DNA of 64,000 nt from Bacteroidales bacterium UBA1184 (GTDB lineage Bacteria; Bacteroidota; Bacteroidia; Bacteroidales; ML635J-15), in contig DBYO01000032.1 of the NCBI GenBank assembly GCA_002310235.1, positions 1,462-65,461 on the forward strand, written 5' to 3'. Under the pieces are notes generated by a model. The model worked only from the letters and a program-made list of their open reading frames with translations, made no database searches and was not told the origin of the DNA. Shown here piece by piece: positions 56,956-64,000 of this stretch (within the stretch, counting starts at the first letter, position 1; every line of letters starts with the position of its first letter). The position numbers and the translations under genes are program-made.

Positions 56956-57680
56956 AATATTATCTGTTCTCCTGTGTGAAGTGCGTTTTTAAGGTTGTCG
57001 AAACTGAAACTGTCCATTTCGAGTACGCTTGAAATTTTGCCGATATCGTCAATGTAGTGGGCATCGGAACTTTGTATGTAGTTGTAGTCGCTGAACCACG
57101 GGAATTTGTCGAAGAAGTTGTTCTTCATGGCGTAATAGCTGAGCTCAAGTGCCTGAAACTTAAGTTTGTCGGGAACAAAAACAAGTTGCGAACTTATGCT
57201 GAATGTGCTGCGGTCAACGTGTGCAGGGATGAAGATTCCGCCCATTTCATATACCTTTTTCTGCAAGTCGAGCATCGGCAGGTCGAGGGCATTTATTAAT
57301 AGGTGGGGAACTTCGTCGAGCACATTTTCTTCCTCGTCAACTACAAACTGGTAGCCGAACTTGTCGGGGTCGTTCTCGAAGAAAATAACCTTCGAATCAA
57401 GAAATTTCTGGAACTCGGCAAGTTTTTCGGCGTTGGGCATAAATCCCAGGCAATGGATTTCCTCCTTGGTTGTGACTTCGGCACCCATCATAACGGCTAT
57501 GCCGTTCTGCTCGCCGATTTTGCGTGTAACTTCGGCATTGAGAGTGCTGTTGTGGTCGGTAAGACCGATAATGTCAAGCCCTTTCTCCTTGGCCTTTGCG
57601 ATTATGGCAGACGGACTCATCTCTATGTCGCCACAAGGTGACAACACAGAGTGCATGTGTAGGTCTGCGCGGAATTTCAT
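56952..57680 (-). CDS. PHP domain phosphoesterase
   Basis: DLHMHSVLSPCGD and GLTDHNS metal-binding His motifs of the PHP family. ATGA-type overlap with the downstream gene. Confidence 0.8.
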   Translation of the reverse strand: MKFRADLHMHSVLSPCGDIEMSPSAIIAKAKEKGLDIIGLTDHNSTLNAEVTRKIGEQNGIAVMMGAEVTTKEEIHCLGFMPNAEKLAEFQKFLDSKVIFFENDPDKFGYQFVVDEEENVLDEVPHLLINALDLPMLDLQKKVYEMGGIFIPAHVDRSTFSISSQLVFVPDKLKFQALELSYYAMKNNFFDKFPWFSDYNYIQSSDAHYIDDIGKISSVLEMDSFSFDNLKNALHTGEQIIL

Positions 57681-57695
57681 GACTGGAAAGTCTTG

Positions 57696-58025
57696 TTACT
57701 TAATAAGTTCGTACAGTTTGCCGCAAAGCATGAATGTAGGTTCTGAACTTGAGAGCACAGCCACATCGTTGTCCTTTGCAAATTCGAGCATATCGTCATC
57801 GGGAACACCGTTGCGAACAATGATAATTGCAGGAACATCCTTTAGAGCGGCAATCGAAGCCACGTTCTTGTGTGTCTGCATTGTAATCCAAACCTGTCCA
57901 CTCTTTGCATTGCCCATTACGTCGCTGAGCAAATCAGATGAGTATGCGCTCTTTACATCAGCGTCCATATTTACCTCGTTGTAAACCTTGAGGTTTAATT
58001 TTTCTATTATGTCTTTCAGTATCAT
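57696..58025 (-). CDS. DRTGG domain protein
   Basis: The ATG at 58025 gives MILKDIIEKLNLKVY...SSDLLSDVM...VWITMQTHKNVASIAALKDVPAIIIVRNG. It is a paralogue of 59983-60324. The ORF-track extension to 58079 runs through the intergenic hairpin. Confidence 0.7.
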   Translation of the reverse strand: MILKDIIEKLNLKVYNEVNMDADVKSAYSSDLLSDVMGNAKSGQVWITMQTHKNVASIAALKDVPAIIIVRNGVPDDDMLEFAKDNDVAVLSSSEPTFMLCGKLYELIK

Positions 58026-58064
58026 ATCGTTAATTGTTTTTATTCTTAAATCGTTAAATTTAGT

Positions 58065-58084
58065 AGACGTTGCACGCAACGTCT
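58065..58084. repeat. GC-rich palindromic hairpin, copy 2
   Basis: agacgttgcacgcaacgtct. Same core as 8703-8728, with a paired C:G to A:T change next to the core. Followed by ctctacaat. Confidence 0.7.
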
Positions 58085-58160
58085 CTACAATTGAATCATC
58101 AAATCATCAAATCTTCAAATCAATCAAATCTTTAAATTTTTAAATCCTTAAATCATTAAT
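58085..58160. repeat. degenerate 7-8 nt A/T-rich tandem repeat (ATCAAATC/TTTAAATC)
   Basis: ctacaattgaatcatcaaatcatcaaatcttcaaatcaatcaaatctttaaatttttaaatccttaaatcattaatc. Confidence 0.7.
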
Positions 58161-59498
58161 CTATAGCGTTTTCAGCTCTTCTCCCCAGATGTCGAACATC
58201 ACCTTGTAGAATTCGTCCATCTTCTTGTGGGCGAAAATGCAATTCTCGATTTTGCTTTCGTTGCGGATGACATCCTCTGCCAGAGCGTTGCAAGTCGGAG
58301 CTCCGCAAGCCGAGCAGTCGATTCCTGGCAACATTCCTTCTATGCGCTTCATATTTTCGACCATGCGGAAGGCAATCTGAAGGTTGTCGTTAAGTTTCAG
58401 GATCGAACGAGGCTTTATTTCATCAACCTTTACCATTTCGGAAATCTTTTTGGCAAATTCCTTGTTGTTAAAGGCTACTTTCTGGTCGGAGTCTTCTTTT
58501 TTCGGCTTGCTGTCGATGATTTCGGCACGTGCTTTCAGTTTTTGCTTTGCAACAAATCGGTTTGTTGGGCAGAGAACACCGCCTACGCAACTTTGGTCGC
58601 AGGCTCGCATTTCAACTAAGCCGTTTGCACTAATATCTTCGTCTTCAACCTTTTCCAAGAACTCGATGGCGTTTCGTATTCCATCTACAGCAAAGCACGA
58701 ATTGTTGAAGTTGCGCGATTCGCCAGTTGTAAGTCCCCAAAGTACATCGTTTCCTGTAAGACTATGATTAATAGGCTCTACGATTGATTTTGAGTTGCTT
58801 AGCATCAGTTTTACCTTGTTGTAGAGGAAGTCCATGTTGATTACGCCTGTTATGAAAGATTTCTTTCCTTCGGCGGGACTTTTCACTGCGGCAATCTTTG
58901 CAGCGCAAGGAGATACATAGAAAATACCAATGTCCTCGCTTGGAATGCCAGCTTCTACCAGTCGTTGGCGGATAACTATCGAGGCGATGTCTAAAGGTGC
59001 GCTAAGGTGTATGATGTTGTGCACCAGCGATGGGAATCTTACCTGTATAAGTCGCACGATAGCAGGGCAGTATGGCGATATGAAAGTGTCTATTTCGTCG
59101 TGCTCGGCCATGTACTGCTTGTATAGTTCAATGAGGAACGATACGGCGTGTTCGACTTCGTAGGTGTGGGTGAAGCCTATTTTCTTGAGGCAGGCGTATA
59201 TCTGCGAGGTCTTTACATCGTTTGGGAATTGTCCGATGAAAGTGGCAGGAACCAGAGCGATGCGGTACTTGTAGTCGTCGAGCAGTTCGAAGTCGTCCTG
59301 CTTGATGTATATTGCATGGTTTGGACAAACCTTGAAGCATTCTCCGCAGTCGATGCATTTGTTGCTGAAAATAACCGCTTTGCCTTTCCTGATTCGGATG
59401 GCTTCGGTAGGACAAGACCTTAGGCAGTGCGTACATCCGGTGCACACATTGCGGTCAACGCGAAGCGCGTGGTAGAAGTATGATCCGTTTTCACTCAT
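58161..59498 (-). CDS. [FeFe]-hydrogenase-like (HydS/group C-type putative sensory) iron-sulfur protein
   Basis: N-terminal 2x[4Fe-4S] CTGCTHCLRSCP / CIDCGECFKVCP. H-cluster-like motifs SPYCPAI (L1), VSPCAAK (L2) and EMRACDQSCVGG (L3). C-terminal CSACGAPTCNALAEDV...C putative Fe-S domain. Confidence 0.7.
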   Translation of the reverse strand: MSENGSYFYHALRVDRNVCTGCTHCLRSCPTEAIRIRKGKAVIFSNKCIDCGECFKVCPNHAIYIKQDDFELLDDYKYRIALVPATFIGQFPNDVKTSQIYACLKKIGFTHTYEVEHAVSFLIELYKQYMAEHDEIDTFISPYCPAIVRLIQVRFPSLVHNIIHLSAPLDIASIVIRQRLVEAGIPSEDIGIFYVSPCAAKIAAVKSPAEGKKSFITGVINMDFLYNKVKLMLSNSKSIVEPINHSLTGNDVLWGLTTGESRNFNNSCFAVDGIRNAIEFLEKVEDEDISANGLVEMRACDQSCVGGVLCPTNRFVAKQKLKARAEIIDSKPKKEDSDQKVAFNNKEFAKKISEMVKVDEIKPRSILKLNDNLQIAFRMVENMKRIEGMLPGIDCSACGAPTCNALAEDVIRNESKIENCIFAHKKMDEFYKVMFDIWGEELKTL

Positions 59499-59563
59499 AG
59501 GCCAATTTTTTTGGGGCTAACAGGCTCGCAGGCTCAAAGGCTTGAAGTTTGTTAGCTGCTGAG

Positions 59564-59980
59564 TCAATTTTTTAGAAAAACTGTCATTGTTATTGTTGTT
59601 CCGACGCCCAATTCCGTCTGGATGTCGAGCTTGTCGGTGTTCTTCTTCATGTTTGGAAGTCCCATGCCAGCACCGAATCCCATTTCCCTAACTTTTTGCG
59701 AGGCAGTTGAGTAGCCTTCGGTCATAGCAAGTTCTATGTTGGGGATGCCCGGTCCTTGGTCGGCGACGACCATCACAATCTTGTCGCCATCGATGTCGAT
59801 GTCGATCTTTCCACCGTATGCGTGTGCAACTGCATTAATTTCGGCTTCGTAAAGAGCGACCACAATGCGCTTGATGCTCGACGGATCAACGTTGAGCTGC
59901 TTCAATGTCTTCTTTACGCTTCCCGATGCGTTGCCGGCATTGGTGAAATTGCCTTTTTCAATGTCAAATGTGTAATGCAT
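59564..59980 (-). CDS. small GHKL ATPase / anti-sigma-factor-like serine kinase family protein
   Basis: EAEINAVAHAY (N-box), VADQGPGIPN (G1), GFGAGMGLPNMKK (G2). 138 aa, the size of RsbW/SpoIIAB-type proteins. Confidence 0.7.
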   Translation of the reverse strand: MHYTFDIEKGNFTNAGNASGSVKKTLKQLNVDPSSIKRIVVALYEAEINAVAHAYGGKIDIDIDGDKIVMVVADQGPGIPNIELAMTEGYSTASQKVREMGFGAGMGLPNMKKNTDKLDIQTELGVGTTITMTVFLKN

Positions 59981-59982
59981 AA

Positions 59983-60324
59983 TTAATACATGGGGTTAAT
60001 GCCGTGAGTATAAAGTAGTCCACTGACTTTGAATATACTATACTCGGTCTCGATTATTGTAATGTCGTTGTCAATCGCATGTTCAACCATCTCTTCGTCT
60101 GCGGTCTTGCCACGGGCGAGGATTATGGTGTTTATCTCGGCCATTTCGGCTGTGCGTATTGTCTGTATGTTGCACAAGCCAGTGATTAGCAGCGAACATT
60201 CGCCACCTAGACGCAGTACATCGCTCATCAGGTCCGACGAAAATGCGTTTGTCAGTTCTTCGTTGTTATCTTGGCAGCCAACTATTCTGCCGTTTAGCAA
60301 TTCTGCTATTTCTTTCGCTTTCAT
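59983..60324 (-). CDS. DRTGG domain protein
   Basis: SSDLMSDVL...LLITGLCNIQTIRTAEMAEINTIILARGK pattern. The start ATG overlaps the ygiQ stop (ATGA at 60321-60324). Confidence 0.7.
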   Translation of the reverse strand: MKAKEIAELLNGRIVGCQDNNEELTNAFSSDLMSDVLRLGGECSLLITGLCNIQTIRTAEMAEINTIILARGKTADEEMVEHAIDNDITIIETEYSIFKVSGLLYTHGINPMY

Positions 60325-62276
60325 TTCTTTTTTAATTGTTTCGCAAATGTAGTTCTTTTTATTGAATGTTTGGTTGATTCCGACTTGTTTTTTTTCTGTG
60401 GTTCTTCATCTGTTTTTCTAGACGATGCTTTCATCTTCCTGATTATGTCGTCTCTTCCCATCTGAAGCAGCCGTTTTTCAATCTTCTTGCGTGCTTCTGG
60501 AGTGTACCAGAAGAAGTACATGTTTTGGTTTTCTCGTTCTTCGCGCGACTTGGGCACATATACTTTCTCCATTGTGTATGGGTTCAGTTCGGTGTAGTAC
60601 ATCACGGTCGAGAGCGTCATTGGTGTGGGGGTGAAAGTCTGCACTTGTTCGGGACAGATACCGAGGTCGCTTATTTGCGCCATAAGTTCGGCCATATCTT
60701 CTTCCTTGCAACCCGGGTGAGCCGAGATAAAATAGGGTATGAGTTGTTGTTTGAGTCCGTATTTTTTGTTAGTGCGGTCGAACAAATCCTTCAGTTCACC
60801 AAACTTGTCGAAAGGAGTCTTGCGCATGAGTTCCAAAACCTTGGGAGAGGTGTGCTCGGGAGCAACTTTCAGACGTCCCGATACGAACTTTGAGATAACA
60901 AGTTCGAGATATTCCTCGTTTATACGGTCTGTTTCGGCATTGCCGGTCTTGTGAAGGGCTATGTCGTATCGTATACCACTGCCTATGCTTATCTTCTTTA
61001 TGCCTCTGACTTCCAGTGCTTTCTTGTAAAGTTTGCAAAGTTCTTCGTGCGAAGTGTTGAGGTTCGGGCAAATCTTTGGTGCTATGCACGACGGACGCTT
61101 GCACTTGCGGCACTGTTCCTCGTTGTTTCCGTGCATGCGGTACATGTTTGCCGACGGTGCGCCGATGTCGGAAATGTGTCCTTTGAAGTTCGGCATACGC
61201 GAAATGCGTTCCAGTTCGGCGATTATGGATTTTTCGGAGCGACTCGAAATTTGCTTGCCCTGATGTGCCGCTATGGTGCAGAACGAACAACCGCCGAAAC
61301 AGCCGCGATGTATTGTCACCGAGTTCTTTATCATCTCGTAGGCGGGAATGTCGGGCTTGCCGTTGTAGCGCGGATGCGGAAGTCGAGTAAACGGCAGCGC
61401 ATAAATGCTGTCCATTTCGTTTTCCGACAGAGGTTCGTATGTTGGGTTTACAATCAGTTTCGAATGTTCAAGTTGCTGGGTTATACGCCTGTTGGTGAAC
61501 GAGTTGGCTTCGCGCTCGACGATTACGAAGTTTTCGGCGTAGTTGCGCTTGTCGGCAAGAATTTCGGCGTAGGAGTGAAGTTCAATGTCGTCCTTTTTCT
61601 TGTCGTTTTCGTCGCTGAGGTAGGCAATCTGCCTTATGTTGAAGCAGTTGTAGTGATGTCCGTCGCGGTTTATGTGGTCGGCGACTTCCACAATGGACTT
61701 TTCCGACATTCCATAGCAAAGTATGTCGGCTCCCGACATTTCGAGCATCGACGACAATATTTTGTCCTGCCAGTAGTCGTAGTGTGCAAAGCGGCGCATC
61801 GAGGCTTCGATTCCACCGATAACGATTGGCGTGTCGGGATATATGTCCTTGAGTATCTGACAGTAAACCTTGGTTGCGTAGTCGGGGCGATGACCGCTTT
61901 GTCCGCCAGGCGTGTAGGCGTCGTCGCTGCGGAGACGTTTGTTGGCGGTGTAGTGGTTGAGCATGCTGTCGATGTTTCCTGCCGAAACGCCAAAGAACAG
62001 GCGTGGCGCACCGAACTTGCGGAAGTCGCGGAGGTCGTCCTGCCAGTTGGGTTGTGGAATTACTGCCACGCGGTAGCCTGCGTTCTGCAAAACCCTTGCT
62101 ATCACGGCCGGACCGAACGACGGATGGTCAACAAAAGCATCGCCACTGACGAGGATAACGTCGATATAGTCCCAGCCAAAAGCCTTCAGTTCCTTGACTG
62201 AAGTTGGAAAATAGTCGAGGATGTTGGTGCGTTGAATCTTCTTGCCGTTACGTTTGTTATCTAGCGAAGAGTTCAT
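60321..62276 (-). CDS. ygiQ: YgiQ family (UPF0313) radical SAM protein
   Basis: N-terminal VSGDAFVDHPSFG block. Radical SAM cluster HRGCFGGCSFCTIAAHQGK. ~650 aa with a basic C-terminal tail, as in YgiQ. Confidence 0.85.
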   Translation of the reverse strand: MNSSLDNKRNGKKIQRTNILDYFPTSVKELKAFGWDYIDVILVSGDAFVDHPSFGPAVIARVLQNAGYRVAVIPQPNWQDDLRDFRKFGAPRLFFGVSAGNIDSMLNHYTANKRLRSDDAYTPGGQSGHRPDYATKVYCQILKDIYPDTPIVIGGIEASMRRFAHYDYWQDKILSSMLEMSGADILCYGMSEKSIVEVADHINRDGHHYNCFNIRQIAYLSDENDKKKDDIELHSYAEILADKRNYAENFVIVEREANSFTNRRITQQLEHSKLIVNPTYEPLSENEMDSIYALPFTRLPHPRYNGKPDIPAYEMIKNSVTIHRGCFGGCSFCTIAAHQGKQISSRSEKSIIAELERISRMPNFKGHISDIGAPSANMYRMHGNNEEQCRKCKRPSCIAPKICPNLNTSHEELCKLYKKALEVRGIKKISIGSGIRYDIALHKTGNAETDRINEEYLELVISKFVSGRLKVAPEHTSPKVLELMRKTPFDKFGELKDLFDRTNKKYGLKQQLIPYFISAHPGCKEEDMAELMAQISDLGICPEQVQTFTPTPMTLSTVMYYTELNPYTMEKVYVPKSREERENQNMYFFWYTPEARKKIEKRLLQMGRDDIIRKMKASSRKTDEEPQKKNKSESTKHSIKRTTFAKQLKKK

Positions 62277-62862
62277 TTTGGAACATCGGTGAAAATGTTG
62301 TAGTCGGTGCCATCGGGTATAGTCCGTATTCTGGCATCAGCTGGTGATGGTTGCCTTCGTGAATGCTTACAGCTATGCTGATGGTCGATTTGTCGGTAAT
62401 CTTATAGTCGGCACCGAAGTATCCAGAGAACGAAGTCTTGTTGCCCTTGTAGTAATCGCAGAAACTGACGGCTGCAGCACCGTATACGTTTATTCTTGGT
62501 GTCAGCGAGTAGGAACCTTTGGCAAACAGCGTGTATCGTGGAAATCCGTACGGACTTTTGCTTTCTGTGTTTGCTGATGCGGAAAACATGGAGTAGGAGA
62601 CGGCAAATCCGCCCGAAACGGTGAATTTGTCGGTTACTTTGTAGCCGAATTCTGGTGCAATAAAGCCTGTTCCGAACGCATGTCCGCCAAATCCGCCAAC
62701 AGATACACCGGTGCTGATTCGGCTTACAAAACGAGAATCCTTGTCATGCTTTGTCTTTACAAGTGCTGATGAGTCTGGTTCATAGAGATATAGCTTGTCG
62801 TTCTGTGCGAATGCCGACAATGCGAAAACCATAATTAATATTGCAAATATGCACCTTTTCAT
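62257..62862 (-). CDS. outer-membrane beta-barrel (porin-family) protein
   Basis: Signal MKRCIFAILIMVFALSAFAQ. Alternating hydrophobic beta-strand pattern rich in G/Y/F/S. 20-nt overlap with the ygiQ start. Confidence 0.6.
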   Translation of the reverse strand: MKRCIFAILIMVFALSAFAQNDKLYLYEPDSSALVKTKHDKDSRFVSRISTGVSVGGFGGHAFGTGFIAPEFGYKVTDKFTVSGGFAVSYSMFSASANTESKSPYGFPRYTLFAKGSYSLTPRINVYGAAAVSFCDYYKGNKTSFSGYFGADYKITDKSTISIAVSIHEGNHHQLMPEYGLYPMAPTTTFSPMFQNELFAR

Positions 62863-62928
62863 TTTTAATGAAAATTTGCCGTAAAGGTAAACAATAATTA
62901 TGAGAGAGCAATCGGTGTTAAGAAAATT

Positions 62929-63381
62929 TTAGTAGATGTGATGTGTTAGTATTTCCAAATACTTTTTGTCAATCTCGTCGAAGGTGGCAAGTTTCTCGCT
63001 GTCGATGTCGAGTTCGGCGACAACTTCGCCGTCGCGGATAATAGGCACTACGATTTCGCTTCGCGATGCACTGCTGCAGGCAATGTGTCCAGGAAATTCC
63101 TCGACATCCTCGACAACAATCGTACGTTTTTCCTTCCATGCTGTTCCGCACACACCACGACCGAATTTTATCCTCGTACAAGCTACAGGACCTTGGAATG
63201 GGCCAAGCACAAGTTCTTGTCCAACAACGCGGTAAAAGCCAGTCCACCAGAAGTGGAAGGTCTCTTGTATGATAGCAGCAACGTTTGCCATAAGTGCAAT
63301 CTCGTCGTGTTCCGATTCGGCAAATGCTTTTACCTGTTCGATAAGGTTTTCGTATTTTTTTTGTTTTTCGGTGCTGTCCAT
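62929..63381 (-). CDS. msrC: GAF-domain free methionine-(R)-sulfoxide reductase
   Basis: WTGFYRVVGQELVLGPFQGPVACTRIKFGRGVCGTAW...FPGHIACSSASRSEIVVPI closely parallels E. coli YebR/MsrC as I recall it. Confidence 0.75.
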   Translation of the reverse strand: MDSTEKQKKYENLIEQVKAFAESEHDEIALMANVAAIIQETFHFWWTGFYRVVGQELVLGPFQGPVACTRIKFGRGVCGTAWKEKRTIVVEDVEEFPGHIACSSASRSEIVVPIIRDGEVVAELDIDSEKLATFDEIDKKYLEILTHHIY

Positions 63382-63383
63382 TG

Positions 63384-64000
63384 CTATAGTTTTATGATGT
63401 GAGGGGCGGGGAAGTGCATTCCTGCCATTGGCTTGTGGTTTTTGCGGGCTGTTTCTAATACCGAAATTCGTGTTTCTCTGGCTTCTACTGGGTTAAAGTC
63501 GTATATGGCGGAAATTTCCGGATGTTCGATTTGCAGGTCAATCGCGTGCATGATGTCGCCCACAATTAGTGTTTCGCCAATGTCGTACATGGTATGGCCG
63601 GGCGTATGTCCGTATGCTGCAATGGTTACAATCCCATCGATAATTGTGTCGCCAGCATGAAATGTTTCGTATCTGCCATCGTATGCCTTAAGCATCTTGT
63701 CAACTGTTTCGTTGTCTTTTAATACACCTACAGTCCAAATTTCCAATTCCATATCGGAAAAGTGCAGCTTGGCATTTTTGAAAACTGCCTCGCCGTCGGC
63801 AGTAAGGAGTCCGCCAATATGGTCGCCGTGGAAATGGGTTATGCAAATGTCGGTTATCTCGTCTGGCTGAAGGCCTATAGAGTCCAGTTTTTCGAGCAGA
63901 CGGCCGTTTTGCGATGTGCCAAGTCCTGCATCAAAGAGAATATTCTTGTCGCCACGTTCCAGCAGAAACACATTTATCGAGTTGTCGATGTAGTCATCTG
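63384..64000 (-). CDS. MBL-fold metallo-hydrolase (5' end beyond the right edge, partial)
   Basis: HxHxDH motif in ICITHFHGDHIGG. Later AYGHTPGH. The frame stays open upstream of the GTG at 63971 to the window end. Confidence 0.75.
   Translation of the reverse strand, partial: DDYIDNSINVFLLERGDKNILFDAGLGTSQNGRLLEKLDSIGLQPDEITDICITHFHGDHIGGLLTADGEAVFKNAKLHFSDMELEIWTVGVLKDNETVDKMLKAYDGRYETFHAGDTIIDGIVTIAAYGHTPGHTMYDIGETLIVGDIMHAIDLQIEHPEISAIYDFNPVEARETRISVLETARKNHKPMAGMHFPAPHIIKL

Noticed and set aside
60951-62201. 416-aa plus-strand ORF opposite ygiQ
   Set aside because: It is a shadow ORF of a well-supported radical SAM gene, with a Val/Arg/Gly-rich translation typical of antisense reading of a coding region.

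Overview
This looks like a chromosomal segment from a Bacteroidota genome, probably Bacteroidales. The evidence is T9SS C-terminal sorting domains, TAnnTTTG-type -7 promoter boxes instead of Shine-Dalgarno leaders, AFAQ-type signal peptides and roughly 43-45% GC by eye. I support about 60 protein genes and one tRNA(CAT). I saw no rRNA, CRISPR, integrase, transposase or phage genes. Housekeeping genes include lpxB, surE, trmD, lepA, mtgA, trkH, an M16 peptidase and a C69 dipeptidase. Four blocks stand out. (1) 27.1-52.1 kb holds a tightly packed 24-gene minus-strand type II PKS operon. It has an aryl-polyene core and a flexirubin-type tyrosine ammonia-lyase, but no dialkylresorcinol genes. It also carries unusual extras: a tandem-fused double CrtI-like flavoenzyme, a B12 radical SAM enzyme, an MMPL-acyltransferase fusion and secreted proteins. 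(2) 56.4-62.3 kb holds an [FeFe]-hydrogenase-like sensory module (2x DRTGG, 2x GHKL ATPase, PHP) with no catalytic hydrogenase in view. It is translationally coupled to the radical SAM gene ygiQ. (3) 9.9-14.2 kb holds a TonB-dependent receptor flanked by a His/Cys-rich protein and a secreted HMA protein with a Cys/His repeat tail. Its upstream region contains a 17-nt periodic array of mini-palindromes and a perfect 20-bp palindrome. (4) A family of degenerate 7-8 nt A/T-rich intergenic repeats occurs at five loci, and two of them carry a conserved GC hairpin with a compensatory base change. All functional calls rest on motifs read by eye; no database search was run.
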